64,000 bases of DNA from a virus. Taxonomy: Duplodnaviria > Caudoviricetes. Under the pieces are notes generated by a model. It searched no databases. It had not been told where the DNA came from and worked only from the letters and a program-made list of their open reading frames with translations. Positions 46,632 to 57,380 of the stretch are shown one piece after another (within the stretch, counting starts at the first letter, position 1; every line of letters starts with the position of its first letter). Where the stretch lies: positions 4,547-68,546 of IMG/VR virus record IMGVR_UViG_3300033073_001761; one strand, 5' to 3'. Made by a program: the position numbers and the translations under genes.

Positions 46632-48329
46632 TCAATTGTCTTGGCGAACTTCCTGGCCACGCCTGGCCGCTTCTCGCTCCAGTATTTTCAGGCCTTGATC
46701 GATCCTTGCAACGTCGCCCGCAAGCGTTGCATAATCGGGCTGGCTCCGCAGCCGCTCTTCGATTGCAGAGAGTTGGCGGGCCAGCGAGTGAATCGTCTTG
46801 GCGTGCTCTTGGATCTGGTATCGCTGTTCGTCGAGGCACTGGCCGTGATTTGCGATGATCTCGGCGAAGGTAACCGAGTTATCGTCGCGATCGTCGCCGT
46901 CATCGTCGTTCAGGTTATCCGCCTTTTTTGCACCCTTGTCGAGCGGCACGTACTGCATGTATTGCCGTAGGTTCGGAGATTCCGACCTAGCAAAGTGGAT
47001 TGCCTGTTTGATCGCTTCTGGCGATATCACTTCGCGAAACTTCGCGGGCGATAGCGAGGGCTCAACCTTTTCGAGTGCGCCAACCCCTAGATAGGCATCG
47101 CCTAGCGAATAATGGTACTGCTCCTGGGGATGATCCATATCCATCCCGCCAACCGGATCAATACCAGCGGCCCGATCTGCTACCTTCTCAAACAGCCAAG
47201 CGTTTTCATAGTGCATATCATCGCAGACAAACTTCCCTTGCGCGTCCTCGTAAACCAGCACCATTACTTTGCGATCGTCGCTCAGGTCGGCAACACGACT
47301 GATACGGCTCCCGATACGTTCGAGCCGGACATAATCGCCGACCACAAACGGAGGCCGCTCTACCTTAGGGGGCTCTGGCTTCGGCGGCTCTACCGGCTTC
47401 GCCGGGTCCGCTAACTCGATTCGCTCGCGTATCATACGTACGTCGATTATCCCATACCCCGATTCACGATCGTGGCCGGGAGCGCCAACATCGCGGGCTA
47501 GGTCTTTGAGCATCTTCATCACTTCGGGAACTTGGGGTAGCCGGCCATATCGCTCCTTAAACACCGCAAAAGCCAATGCCGCGACACCGGCAACGATAGG
47601 GCAAGCCATAGACGTGCCGCTCATACGGGCGTAACCGCCGCCGGGAACCGGAGCCAAGATATCCACACCAGGAGCCGCGATATCTACCTCGGGGCCGCGG
47701 CTACTGAAACCCGCGATCTTACCGGTTTGGTCGTGAGCCGCTACGCCGATTACAAGTGACGACGCGCCGGGCCATGTCACACCTTGGTCGCCGCTATTAC
47801 CGGCGGACACACAGATTAGGGGGGGAGACTCTAAAGACATCGCATACGCCAGGGCATCCCCAACGATTTTGGATTTTTGCGGCCCGCCAGCAGAGATTGA
47901 GATAATATTTGCGCCAACATTAGACGCCCAGCGGATACCGGCAGCCATCCAAGAATCATTACCCCGGCCTTGGTCGTCCAGGATCTTGCCGATTACCAAT
48001 GAACACTTCGTCGCGATCCCATAATATGGGCCTCGCCCGGCAATCGAGCCGGCGCAATGCGTACCGTGCCCTTGAACATCCCGTGTAATGCCCGATAGGC
48101 TTGTAAAGTTGTACGTGATAACACCCAAACTCAATGCCGGGTGCGTGCTATCAATACCGGTATCCAATACCGCAACCGTAACGCCCTTGCCGCCAAGCTC
48201 CCGCCAATCCTCGGGTATTCCGAGATACTTAGCCGCCCACGATTCCTGAGCGGCTAAGGCGGACACGGTCTCACTCGGCCGTATGTCTACTCGTTGGATT
48301 GGAGGCAGTTCGTAGGTGATGTCGGACAT
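46632..48329 (-). CDS. Subtilisin-like S8 serine protease with C-terminal extension
   Basis: Catalytic motifs VAVLDTG, HGTHCAG, SGTSMACP. Confidence 0.95.
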   Translation of the reverse strand: MSDITYELPPIQRVDIRPSETVSALAAQESWAAKYLGIPEDWRELGGKGVTVAVLDTGIDSTHPALSLGVITYNFTSLSGITRDVQGHGTHCAGSIAGRGPYYGIATKCSLVIGKILDDQGRGNDSWMAAGIRWASNVGANIISISAGGPQKSKIVGDALAYAMSLESPPLICVSAGNSGDQGVTWPGASSLVIGVAAHDQTGKIAGFSSRGPEVDIAAPGVDILAPVPGGGYARMSGTSMACPIVAGVAALAFAVFKERYGRLPQVPEVMKMLKDLARDVGAPGHDRESGYGIIDVRMIRERIELADPAKPVEPPKPEPPKVERPPFVVGDYVRLERIGSRISRVADLSDDRKVMVLVYEDAQGKFVCDDMHYENAWLFEKVADRAAGIDPVGGMDMDHPQEQYHYSLGDAYLGVGALEKVEPSLSPAKFREVISPEAIKQAIHFARSESPNLRQYMQYVPLDKGAKKADNLNDDDGDDRDDNSVTFAEIIANHGQCLDEQRYQIQEHAKTIHSLARQLSAIEERLRSQPDYATLAGDVARIDQGLKILEREAARRGQEVRQDN

Positions 48330-48405
48330 ATGATTTGGCCTTCCCTTCCTGTAATATGTGCCGGTCTCTCCCGGCTGTCACGTCTCCAGCGACGTTGGCA
48401 CCACG

Positions 48406-48783
48406 CTATTTCACAACTATCACTTGATGTTCCGATAACTCGCGACGAGTCAACGCGGCAGGCTCCGGCTTCTTTTCCACCGGCCACAAATGAATCTCGC
48501 CGGTTTTCGGATCGAGCTGATAACTGTATTCGCCTCGGTCGATCGCTTCACGAAGCAGCCATTTCGCTCGCGAGATGTACTCGCCATTCAACTCCGCCTT
48601 CAGCTTTTCGATCTTTGCTTCGGCCTCGGCGAGTTGCGATTCTGTCCGCTTCTCCAGACGCTCGTATTCGTCTTTGATACGCGAAGCCTCCAAGTAATAA
48701 GGAATCGCGACGCCGACACTGATGCAGAGCGTCAAGACAAGGCACGCAGCTAAGACGAAGTTTTTATTCTCAGACTGATTCAC
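48406..48783 (-). CDS. Membrane-anchored hypothetical protein
   Basis: N-terminal TM segment, then coiled coil. Confidence 0.65.
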   Translation of the reverse strand: MNQSENKNFVLAACLVLTLCISVGVAIPYYLEASRIKDEYERLEKRTESQLAEAEAKIEKLKAELNGEYISRAKWLLREAIDRGEYSYQLDPKTGEIHLWPVEKKPEPAALTRRELSEHQVIVVK

Positions 48784-49017
48784 TGTAATACCTCACCTAC
48801 CTTTTGGGCCTTTGCCGCGACAAAAAAAACTCTACCTTGGCTGGTGGATAATCCAGCACGATGGTCCAGAATGCGACCAGCCAAGGTAGTAGGAGCAAAT
48901 CTTCGGCAGCAGCCAGCCCAGCGGCCACCACCAAAGAAATCCGTCGAGATCGCTACCCTGCAGGATGTCGTGACGGAAGGCTGCAGGGAACTTAGTAACC
49001 GCTCATGCTGGTCACGA

Positions 49018-49935
49018 TTACCCTCGGCGGTCGACACCTTCCTTGTGGTCGTTCGCGAGAGAGGCAAGTATGCCTTCCATATATTGGTTCGCGAGAGAGG
49101 CAAGTATGCTCTCCGTATATTGGACGTGCCTGATTGCAATTTGAGTTGCCTCGACCCGATTCGTCAGTCGCTTCGAAATGATCGACAACAGAGTCTCGGT
49201 CGAAATTTCTCGGACACGCTCCGAAATAACCGACAACAGAGTCTCGGTCGAAATCCCTCGGATACGGTCACGAATTTCATCGCCCGTGAGTAATCGCGGG
49301 CCCTGTTGCGGTTGGGGCTCCTCGCCCTGATCTCCTTGGTCTTCGGCACGAATCAACCCCTCACGTCTCGCGTGCCGCCGCTGCAACCAAATCAAAGCGT
49401 CGATCACGCTGTCTTTTGCGTGGTCATTTTCTTCGCAGGGATGGTCGCCCTTCTGAAACCCCTCAAGCCGATCCAAGACAATCGCGAGCAAGACTTCATT
49501 GGTCAGACCAGTTGGCCAGTCGCCGCCGACGAATTTCAAGCGGTAATGATCATAACCGCCGTCCAAACGCACTGACGACGGGACCGAGACAAGATAGACG
49601 TTGCGAATCGGCCCATCATCCGGGCAGGATAAACTGATTTTTTCGTTGACGGCGTCACATTTATGGGTAGTGATTTTCCGGAAAGGCTGAAGCGATTCCT
49701 CTTGCGATGAATCCTCTTGCGATGAATTCTCTTGCGGTCCCGGTGGTTGTAATTTGTCCATGTCCAAATCGACTTCCAGGCATTCACCGGCCTTTGGGAC
49801 GGGAATACTAGTTAAGAAATCTCCGCCGTCCCACCAGCTGGCAATGCTATCGTGATACCCCTCGGGCCTTGTCAGCCACAATTTAATTCCGGGATTCGCG
49901 TGTGAATTCTTGTCTCGACTTACGTAACACTTCAT
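49018..49935 (-). CDS. Multi-domain protein with central Tad1-like anti-defence domain
   Basis: GLTNEVLLAIVLDRLEGFQKG..PCEEN..A...VIDALIWLQRR at aa ~143-190. Confidence 0.7.
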   Translation of the reverse strand: MKCYVSRDKNSHANPGIKLWLTRPEGYHDSIASWWDGGDFLTSIPVPKAGECLEVDLDMDKLQPPGPQENSSQEDSSQEESLQPFRKITTHKCDAVNEKISLSCPDDGPIRNVYLVSVPSSVRLDGGYDHYRLKFVGGDWPTGLTNEVLLAIVLDRLEGFQKGDHPCEENDHAKDSVIDALIWLQRRHARREGLIRAEDQGDQGEEPQPQQGPRLLTGDEIRDRIRGISTETLLSVISERVREISTETLLSIISKRLTNRVEATQIAIRHVQYTESILASLANQYMEGILASLANDHKEGVDRRG

Positions 49936-50017
49936 TTCTCTTGCCCCTCGCCCAAAATTGTGCCCTTCGATCTCAATTTCATCGCCGACTATACTGATTT
50001 TCCGCCAGTAAATCTAT

Positions 50018-50599
50018 TTATTCGACAATTTCTGGTAATTTCGCGTCAAATAATTCTTGGGCTATCCTTGGCCTAGAAACAACGTATTTTTGGCTGAAAT
50101 CTTTGCTGGAATCGCGATTTTCTGGCGAAATCGACCGCGACCCCAGTACTGATTTATTACCACGTCCGCTGTCCCGTAAAACCTCGATCGCAGAATCGCC
50201 GGGCGAAAGCTGTGACGGTGAAAATTCGACGTCGAGAAGCGCGCAATCGCGACGACGGCGAAACCCCAATGACTCGTGGATTGAGGTAGCGAGGATTAAG
50301 AGGGCGGCGGTTGCAGAATCCCGATCAGATCGAGGTGACCGCGGATCGTCGAGGATTGCGAGAGCGATGACCGCGGTCGGGTGGATCGGGAGCCAAGAGG
50401 CTGAGCGAGCATTGGTCACCTGGCAGCATTGGCCAGCGAACTGAATAGCGGGAAACAGGAATTCGGGGACGATCACCTCGGCGTCACGGTGCGGCGGCGA
50501 GGACAGGATAGCGCGCGCCAACGTCTCCGGATCAGGAAACCAGCAGGGCCAGGCGAGGTCAGGGTCGACGCCGATGCAAGAGGCGATGAGAGAGCTCAT
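50018..50599 (-). CDS. Hypothetical protein
   Basis: In-line ORF with RBS; no motif recognised. Confidence 0.5.
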   Translation of the reverse strand: MSSLIASCIGVDPDLAWPCWFPDPETLARAILSSPPHRDAEVIVPEFLFPAIQFAGQCCQVTNARSASWLPIHPTAVIALAILDDPRSPRSDRDSATAALLILATSIHESLGFRRRRDCALLDVEFSPSQLSPGDSAIEVLRDSGRGNKSVLGSRSISPENRDSSKDFSQKYVVSRPRIAQELFDAKLPEIVE

Positions 50600-50608
50600 G
50601 AGGGTCGG

Positions 50609-51127
50609 TCACCTTGGTTGCGATTGCAGTTGCAAGTACTCAGTCTGAAACAAGCCAGCCGCAGCTAACCCGCGAAAAAACTCGGCAACTTCCCAGTAGG
50701 ACGGATGAATCACCGATCGGTATTTCGGACTGAGGTAATCTGCGATCGAGTAGTAGTTATCCGAGACCCAGCCGAACTCTGGCGAGTTGCAATTACTGCA
50801 TGCGGGATTACGCCATGGCCGATTACAGCGGCTACAGACGGCCAAGAAGACGCGATCGCCTACCAGACGGATCAGATAGCCTTCTTGGTCGCGATCGTTT
50901 GCGGTAGCCTGGCTAGCGGCGATCGCAGGTGGAGCCTGGATCAGTCTGGCCAACGGGTGATTGTCAGGGCCGGCGGGTGAAGGTGCCGCGGTGGCCACTG
51001 GCTCGGCGATTCGGAACACCGCCCGCAAGGCGATCTCACCGCCGACCAGGTGATAAGCCCGACGCAAGCGGTTGCGGAAGCGATTGACCAGGCGGATTCG
51101 CGGATGCGGCTGCGGCTGCTGGTTCAT
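50609..51127 (-). CDS. Hypothetical Zn-ribbon protein
   Basis: CSRC...CSNC; start ATG 51127 overlaps the primase stop. Confidence 0.55.
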   Translation of the reverse strand: MNQQPQPHPRIRLVNRFRNRLRRAYHLVGGEIALRAVFRIAEPVATAAPSPAGPDNHPLARLIQAPPAIAASQATANDRDQEGYLIRLVGDRVFLAVCSRCNRPWRNPACSNCNSPEFGWVSDNYYSIADYLSPKYRSVIHPSYWEVAEFFRGLAAAGLFQTEYLQLQSQPR

Positions 51128-54126
51128 GGCGAACCCCCTTCCGATGCCGATGCCGAGATCACTCGCCGAACATGCTCGATACTCTGCCAACCGTTTGAGA
51201 ATGGCCATATCGCGTAACCGGTCGCGTCGGCGGGCAGATTGCCCCAGCGGATGCGGCTTGGGATTTCTCCCATCTGCGAGACAAACGCAATCTCGGTGTC
51301 GGTCGCAGGTGGCTTGGTCCAGAGCGGCGACGACAGCGGCGGTAGCGATGATGACGAAGCGTGATTTTCTTGGCGTGGTTCATCCACTGCAGGGACCGCA
51401 GGGACTTGCAGGGACTTTTTCTCTCCTACGCGAGGCGAAAAATTAAAATCATTAGATGTCGAATCGATCGATGAATTATGTTTTTGATTACTGTAATAGG
51501 GTTCACGAGTCCCTGCATGTCCCTGCAGTCCCTGCATGGGTTTGCCACGTGATTCGTCGCGATTTCTGGTGTATTGTGTTATTCTCCATTCCATCATTCT
51601 TTGCCGATTGAGGCGAGATACGATTTTGACACCGCCAATATTTTTTTCGCTGTGTTTCTTTAAGAACATGCCGAGTTTTCTTTGGACGTCTTTGCCATCT
51701 CCCCACTTCGATAAAATTAGATCCCTCATCGCCGGATACTCGTTTGCGGCAGACTGCTGTACTCTCCGTATAATATCGCTGACCGTGCCCCAATCGCCGC
51801 CAAGCACCTCGTCTAAGCCGTGAATCAGTTGTCGCTCTTCGCTGGCGTCCTCGGCGATCTCGGCGACGACTTCGGGCGCGTGCGGATCAGGCAGTCCGAG
51901 CCAGACGACGCACTGGCGGACGATGTCAGACCACAATTCGTAACTCCCGAACGATCGCAGCGGTTGCTGCGGGCAGCCGGCCAAGAAGTAGCCGCGAAGG
52001 ATCGTCAAGATAGCCGCGACATACTTTTCTCGGTTCTCTGCGACGTGTTTGAGGATGTTGGGGTAGCGGAACCCGCCGCGTTGTGACGGCGATTCGAGCG
52101 GCGACTCCAAGCGAATCCAGATCACGCGACGGGCGAAGTCGCCGCGGATCGTGATATTGTTGCCCGTCGCCATCCAGACGCTATCAACGCGCACTTCGTG
52201 GATTCGAGAGGTGCCCAATTCGCGATCAACAATCGAGCCGCAGGTCATCACCGAGTTAAGCACGTGACCGCCGATCGAACCGGCTACTTCGTCCAATTTG
52301 ATCACCGGCGGACAGGTCGATAGCCCCATCGCGACTACTCGTTTCCGCATCTCAGTTTCGTCGGGCGTGTAGGTCGTCGCGGGAACCGGTCGATTGATCG
52401 CGATTTGCCCGATGATGTCGATGAGCAGCCCTTTGCCAACGCCAGGCGAGTTGCCATCGATAAGGAAAAGCGGCGTGGTTCCACCATTTATTGCCGGCTT
52501 GGCGAACACGGTAAGCAGTGCGGCAATAATTCCTGATAAATCGCGATCGGTGGCAAACGGAAAATCGGAAAAGAGGTCGATTAACGATTCTTTAGCCTCA
52601 GAAATCGTTGTTTCATCAATACTCGTGGCGTCGCCAAGGCTATTTAATTTCCAATCTCGGTCGCTCGCCAGAAATAATTTCGAGGCTTCGTCGTAGCCCT
52701 GTGAGCAGCAAATCGACCCGTCGAGCCGAAGAAAAGGCGATTGCGTGAGTCCGAAAAGCACTCGGTATTTCGGGTATTTCGCAATCTGGATAATCGCCTT
52801 GCCCAGCCATTCAGGCGGCTGGACGGCGGTTGGATCACCTTTTTTGTTAGGCTTTAGCAACCGGGCGACGTTGCTGAGATACGCGTTGACAACCGTCGGC
52901 GAAATATCTTCCAGGCGACTAATTTTGCCACCCGGAACTTCCTGCTCAATCACTCGACAGAGCCGGCCGTTGCGGACGTAGATATCAGTGTGCTTTCTCA
53001 AACATTCGATCGATTCTTCGATGATTCGCATCTGCTCGTCGTCGACCAATATCTCTTCGCGAGGTACAGCCCCTTCGATGTCGACCAGATCGCCCCAGGT
53101 TAGGCCGGTGACGAAGTGGTCGCGTAGGTCGCGGCCGCGGCTCGGGGTGATCTCGCCGGGCGGACGCCGCATGTGGACGATTGTGTCGCCGACGCTCACC
53201 GCTTGGCCCGCGCGGATCTTAGCGCCACTGACGCCGGCAGTATCTGCGTCGCCGATGACGACGATTTCCTTGCCGCGAAGCAGTTCGGCCATCGCCGCCG
53301 AAGTGCCTTTTGCCGCACCTTTTGGCGACGTGACCGCGACCCAGCCGGCGGGAAGATGTGTGTACGCGGCGAGAGTGTCGCTAATGCCCTCGCACCAGAC
53401 AACCGTGGTCGCAAGTTTCAGGGCATCCGGGCCAGCTTTCCCGTCGACCTTGTTCCCGACAATCACAAACCCGTCATCGTTGCCCCAGATATGGTGGCCT
53501 CGCTCCGGTACGTATTGGCCCGATCGCGGGAATACTTTGGCCAGGGCTGAGAGCAACACATAGGTTCGTGGCTCTTCGTTCGGCGCGTGATAGACCGGGA
53601 AAGCGTACGCCTCGGTTTCGGTCGGCGTGTATTGAGCCGCGACGTAGCCGGCAGCTTCAATGGCCTCGGGCGTGATACCTGGCCGCCAGATTGCGACTAG
53701 ATTCATGAGATGCCGCGAGAATCGGTGGCTAATCAATCGCACCGACGCCGGCCGGCCGCGGCCATCCTTTTGCCGCTTCGTCGTATCTGGCAGTGCGACG
53801 CCAGTTTGCTCGGCGTAATGAGCGCGGGCCGCTCGCCAGTCCGGGAAGCGGCCGAGGGCGACTAATAGCTCCCAGAATGACAGCGGCTTCTGAGTTTTCG
53901 CCTGATCGCCGTAGCTGCCGCGACTCCGCATCCGCTCAATGCCAACGTAAACATGGCACGATGGGTTGGTTTCGTCACGGTCGATCGCCCAGCATTCAAC
54001 GAACCCAGACTCGTTCGGCTGAGTTCGCGAAAAACGTACATGCGATCTCAGTTCGCCGAGAATATCTACCTTGCCGAGGATCTCTTCCTCGACGGCCCTC
54101 CAGTTGACCTTGCCATCGCCCGCCAT
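51124..54126 (-). CDS. Toprim primase fused to ATPase/helicase (replication protein)
   Basis: WCEGISDTLAA and IGDADTAG Toprim motifs; Walker A GNSPGVGKG. Confidence 0.8.
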   Translation of the reverse strand: MAGDGKVNWRAVEEEILGKVDILGELRSHVRFSRTQPNESGFVECWAIDRDETNPSCHVYVGIERMRSRGSYGDQAKTQKPLSFWELLVALGRFPDWRAARAHYAEQTGVALPDTTKRQKDGRGRPASVRLISHRFSRHLMNLVAIWRPGITPEAIEAAGYVAAQYTPTETEAYAFPVYHAPNEEPRTYVLLSALAKVFPRSGQYVPERGHHIWGNDDGFVIVGNKVDGKAGPDALKLATTVVWCEGISDTLAAYTHLPAGWVAVTSPKGAAKGTSAAMAELLRGKEIVVIGDADTAGVSGAKIRAGQAVSVGDTIVHMRRPPGEITPSRGRDLRDHFVTGLTWGDLVDIEGAVPREEILVDDEQMRIIEESIECLRKHTDIYVRNGRLCRVIEQEVPGGKISRLEDISPTVVNAYLSNVARLLKPNKKGDPTAVQPPEWLGKAIIQIAKYPKYRVLFGLTQSPFLRLDGSICCSQGYDEASKLFLASDRDWKLNSLGDATSIDETTISEAKESLIDLFSDFPFATDRDLSGIIAALLTVFAKPAINGGTTPLFLIDGNSPGVGKGLLIDIIGQIAINRPVPATTYTPDETEMRKRVVAMGLSTCPPVIKLDEVAGSIGGHVLNSVMTCGSIVDRELGTSRIHEVRVDSVWMATGNNITIRGDFARRVIWIRLESPLESPSQRGGFRYPNILKHVAENREKYVAAILTILRGYFLAGCPQQPLRSFGSYELWSDIVRQCVVWLGLPDPHAPEVVAEIAEDASEERQLIHGLDEVLGGDWGTVSDIIRRVQQSAANEYPAMRDLILSKWGDGKDVQRKLGMFLKKHSEKNIGGVKIVSRLNRQRMMEWRITQYTRNRDESRGKPMQGLQGHAGTREPYYSNQKHNSSIDSTSNDFNFSPRVGEKKSLQVPAVPAVDEPRQENHASSSSLPPLSSPLWTKPPATDTEIAFVSQMGEIPSRIRWGNLPADATGYAIWPFSNGWQSIEHVRRVISASASEGGSP

Positions 54127-54175
54127 AGCTTGGAGACCTTTTTGCTAGATTAGACAATAGACCGAGATTTAGGAT

Positions 54176-54556
54176 TCAGTTATTCTTGAGAATGTTTTCA
54201 CGAACTCGCTTGTTGATACACTCGTTCGCGTATTCGCAGAGAGCCGGAAAGTAGGAATCCTTGAATTTCTGGGTAACTTCGAGCGTCACTTCGTTCACGT
54301 CGCTAGCACTGAAGTTGGCGGGCGAAACATGAAGTTCGTTCAGTCCCTTGATCACGATTCGAACGCAGAAAATGTGAAACGCTTTCGACATCGTCGCGGA
54401 ATCGACGATTCGTTTGTCTTTTTTCTCTTTGTCGACCATTCGTTTCATGGACGCTTGTATTACTCGGCCAATTCGATGCCCGATTTCCTCGAACTCTTTC
54501 TTTTCTTTGAGGTAGTTTTCGTAATTGCTGTCGCTCTTACTGCTATTCTCGCACAT
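54176..54556 (-). CDS. Hypothetical protein, AT-richer
   Basis: In-line 126-aa ORF. Confidence 0.55.
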   Translation of the reverse strand: MCENSSKSDSNYENYLKEKKEFEEIGHRIGRVIQASMKRMVDKEKKDKRIVDSATMSKAFHIFCVRIVIKGLNELHVSPANFSASDVNEVTLEVTQKFKDSYFPALCEYANECINKRVRENILKNN

Positions 54557-54558
54557 TC

Positions 54559-55017
54559 TTAGAACCCTTTAACTAAAGCCTTACTAACCTTCGCTTGATA
54601 ATCGAAATACTTCGACAACAGCCGGACAACCAACTCTTCCCCTTGGCTGCGATTGTCGGCAAACCACCAATGCACGTTTGGATATTTGATCGTCCAAGAA
54701 ATCACGGTCCCGGTGACCGAATGCACCGAGATTCGCCTGGCCCCGAACTCGCCGCTTAGGATCTTGGGCCAACCCATTTCGACGATCACGTGAGCCGACG
54801 GAATAGCTTGCAACCGCTCGAATTCGCGTTCGAAACGGTCCCGCTCGTGGGTGATCGAGTTGAGAAAATCTTCGCCCGATTTCCGCTCGATTACGATGTC
54901 GCCATGGCCGTCGACCGTGTAATCGCCGGTTGGGAGCCGTCGAAACTCACGCTCGACAGCATCAAATTCCGCGAAAAGGTAGGGAGCTTGTTCGCGGGTG
55001 TCGACGATGATTTTCAC
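54559..55017 (-). CDS. ERCC4-domain nuclease
   Basis: IIVDTREQ...LPTGDY...IERKSGEDF. Confidence 0.92.
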   Translation of the reverse strand: MKIIVDTREQAPYLFAEFDAVEREFRRLPTGDYTVDGHGDIVIERKSGEDFLNSITHERDRFEREFERLQAIPSAHVIVEMGWPKILSGEFGARRISVHSVTGTVISWTIKYPNVHWWFADNRSQGEELVVRLLSKYFDYQAKVSKALVKGF

Positions 55018-55019
55018 GG

Positions 55020-57380
55020 CTAAAATCCCTCCGCCATTGCCAACATCATTGACTGCTCAACCGACCGCTCGATCACTTCACGGAGCCCGGTTACTCGCTC
55101 ACCGATCGCTGTTTTTTTGCACTGCTGCTCAATTCGGTGAGCGACGCCGACGACCGCGCAATACTGTTTCGCTCGCGAGATCGCTGTGTAATGGAGCTCG
55201 CGAGTAGCTAGCCAATTGGCCGCGGGCGACGTGTCGGCGACATAGATCACGTAGGGCGATTCGCTGCCCTGCGATTTGTGGACGGTGATCGCATAGGCTA
55301 ACGACAAAACCGAGTTCGGGCCTGATACTGAGCAGCGGCAGAGCCGGCGGGGAGATTGCCACTCGACCTCGACGACAGACCGGTCAGCGCGAGTGATGTA
55401 TCCGATGTCACCGTTGCTCACGAACGTCACTCGTGATCGCCTGTCCTTGGTGCTCACTTCGACGTCATCGAGATCGCGACCCCAGGTCTGATGGTCCTCT
55501 TCCGACTCCAGGCAGACCATTCGCGTATTTTTCTGGCACATGACCTTATCCCCGAGGCGGAAACGCGACTTTCCAATATTCGGGCCAGGGTTTAATAATT
55601 GCTGGAGCCAATCGTTAAGCTGGTCCTTGCCGAGATCGCTTTTCTTGTTGGTGATGCAGAGCACTTGAACGCTCTTTACCGGGTCCCAGCCCGCAGCTTT
55701 CGCGCTCGCGATCAGCTCCAGGATCGTCTGTTTCGCCGAATCCGGCGTGGTCGCGGTCCAGTGTGCAAAATTGCTCTCGGGCTCCGCCTGACCAGGCCAG
55801 TACTTGCCCTTGCCGATTTCGTCGCATATTTCGACGATCTTGCCAGCGTTGCGACGTACTTCGGTCAAGTGGCCACGCGGTATCAGTTGGCTCTCGATCA
55901 GGTCACGAAACGGTGCCCCCTCGCCGACGGGGAGAAGTTGCCCAGGGTCGCCGACGAAGAGCACGTGGCTGCCAACTTGTACCGCCGAGAGCAGGGCTGC
56001 GAGCAACCGAGAATCGACCATCGATGATTCATCAACGATCAGGTAGCACGGCGGGAGCGGATTCGCGGCGTTGATCCCGAATCCATCCCCGACCCACATT
56101 AGTAGCCGATGGATCGTCTGCCCCTGAATACCAAGGCCAGCAGCGCCCATCTGCTCGGTGATTCGCACCGCCGCTTTGCCGGTTGGCGCGACGACGAAAA
56201 TTGGGACGATAGACTCGCGGCGAATCGCGGCGATCAAGCGGCAGAGTGTGTACGTTTTGCCAGTGCCTGGCCCGCCCGTGAAAAGGCCGACCGGCAGCGA
56301 CGTTGCCTCGGTGATTTGCTCGACTTGGTGATCGCTGAGTCCATCGCTTAGCCCGTCGTCATCAATCGTGACACCTTCTCCCGCCGGCCGGATACTGGGC
56401 CAGTGCGTCTCTCCGCGGAGCAATTGCGAGATTTTGTCGGCAATGATGCGTTCGGCGGCTGCAGACTCGGCTAGCGCGATCCGAGATCCGTGATCCGTGG
56501 CGAGATAGCCGGCTCGCAACCCGAGTTGAATAGCCTTGGTCAATCGCAGTTGCCCGCTGACTAACTTGCCAAGCTGCTCGCGGACCCAATCGAGCTCAAA
56601 CCAAGTGTGACCGTTGCCGTTGGTGTCGATCGCGTGACAGATGGCAAGTAGCTGCCGTCGCAATTTGTCCGGTCGGTAGCCGAGGTCCAGCGCGAGCAGG
56701 TCAGCACGCAGAAACCCAACTCCCGGGTACCGAAGTAGCAAATAGGGATTCCGGCGGACAGCAACTGCAGCTTCGTCGCCGTATTTTCTAACGATCTTCG
56801 GAATGAGCGATTTCGGAAACCCGCGGCCATGAAATAAGGTCATCAGCTCGACGACGGTACGCTCGCTCGCCTTTTTGCCGTTGAGTATCGCCGCGGCTTG
56901 CTTCGCGATCTCGCACCGTAGTCCCTGGATCTCTGACGCTACTTGATCGGGATTTTCGCGGAGCGTCTCGATTGCTTGATCGCCGTACTGTTCGACCAGT
57001 CGGGCCGCAATTTTGTCACCGATCCCCGGGCAATGGCGCTGCAGGTATTCAATCCGGCCGCGGCTGGTGTCGGGTAACTGCTCCTCGGCAAACTCAAACT
57101 GAAATTGCTTGCCGTACTGGGGATGCTCGACCCAAGAGCCGAAGAACCGGTATTCGTGCCCTTGTTTAAGCTCGCCTTCGCCGGCAAGCCCGGTGATTTT
57201 CTGCCCGCCGCGGAGTTTGGCGAGGAACCAGTCGTCGCGCTGGCAGATGACCGTTTGCACAATCCCGGTGATGCTCGTGGAATCGTCTTTCGGTGGTGGC
57301 GATTGCGGTTGCGGTTGCTTTTTCTTGGTACCGCCTTCGTAATCTTCCGGGTCGTAATACCCTTCGTCGGTGTAGCTCAT
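55020..57380 (-). CDS. recD2: RecD2-like SF1B DNA helicase
   Basis: GGPGTGKT, VDESSMVD, VGDPGQL, AYAITVHKSQGSE, YTAISRAK; N-terminal HhH (PGIGDKIA). Confidence 0.92.
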   Translation of the reverse strand: MSYTDEGYYDPEDYEGGTKKKQPQPQSPPPKDDSTSITGIVQTVICQRDDWFLAKLRGGQKITGLAGEGELKQGHEYRFFGSWVEHPQYGKQFQFEFAEEQLPDTSRGRIEYLQRHCPGIGDKIAARLVEQYGDQAIETLRENPDQVASEIQGLRCEIAKQAAAILNGKKASERTVVELMTLFHGRGFPKSLIPKIVRKYGDEAAVAVRRNPYLLLRYPGVGFLRADLLALDLGYRPDKLRRQLLAICHAIDTNGNGHTWFELDWVREQLGKLVSGQLRLTKAIQLGLRAGYLATDHGSRIALAESAAAERIIADKISQLLRGETHWPSIRPAGEGVTIDDDGLSDGLSDHQVEQITEATSLPVGLFTGGPGTGKTYTLCRLIAAIRRESIVPIFVVAPTGKAAVRITEQMGAAGLGIQGQTIHRLLMWVGDGFGINAANPLPPCYLIVDESSMVDSRLLAALLSAVQVGSHVLFVGDPGQLLPVGEGAPFRDLIESQLIPRGHLTEVRRNAGKIVEICDEIGKGKYWPGQAEPESNFAHWTATTPDSAKQTILELIASAKAAGWDPVKSVQVLCITNKKSDLGKDQLNDWLQQLLNPGPNIGKSRFRLGDKVMCQKNTRMVCLESEEDHQTWGRDLDDVEVSTKDRRSRVTFVSNGDIGYITRADRSVVEVEWQSPRRLCRCSVSGPNSVLSLAYAITVHKSQGSESPYVIYVADTSPAANWLATRELHYTAISRAKQYCAVVGVAHRIEQQCKKTAIGERVTGLREVIERSVEQSMMLAMAEGF

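Noticed and set aside
48780-49017. Gene between the Tad1-like ORF and 48406..48783
   Set aside because: No convincing start or RBS in an open frame; left unannotated.
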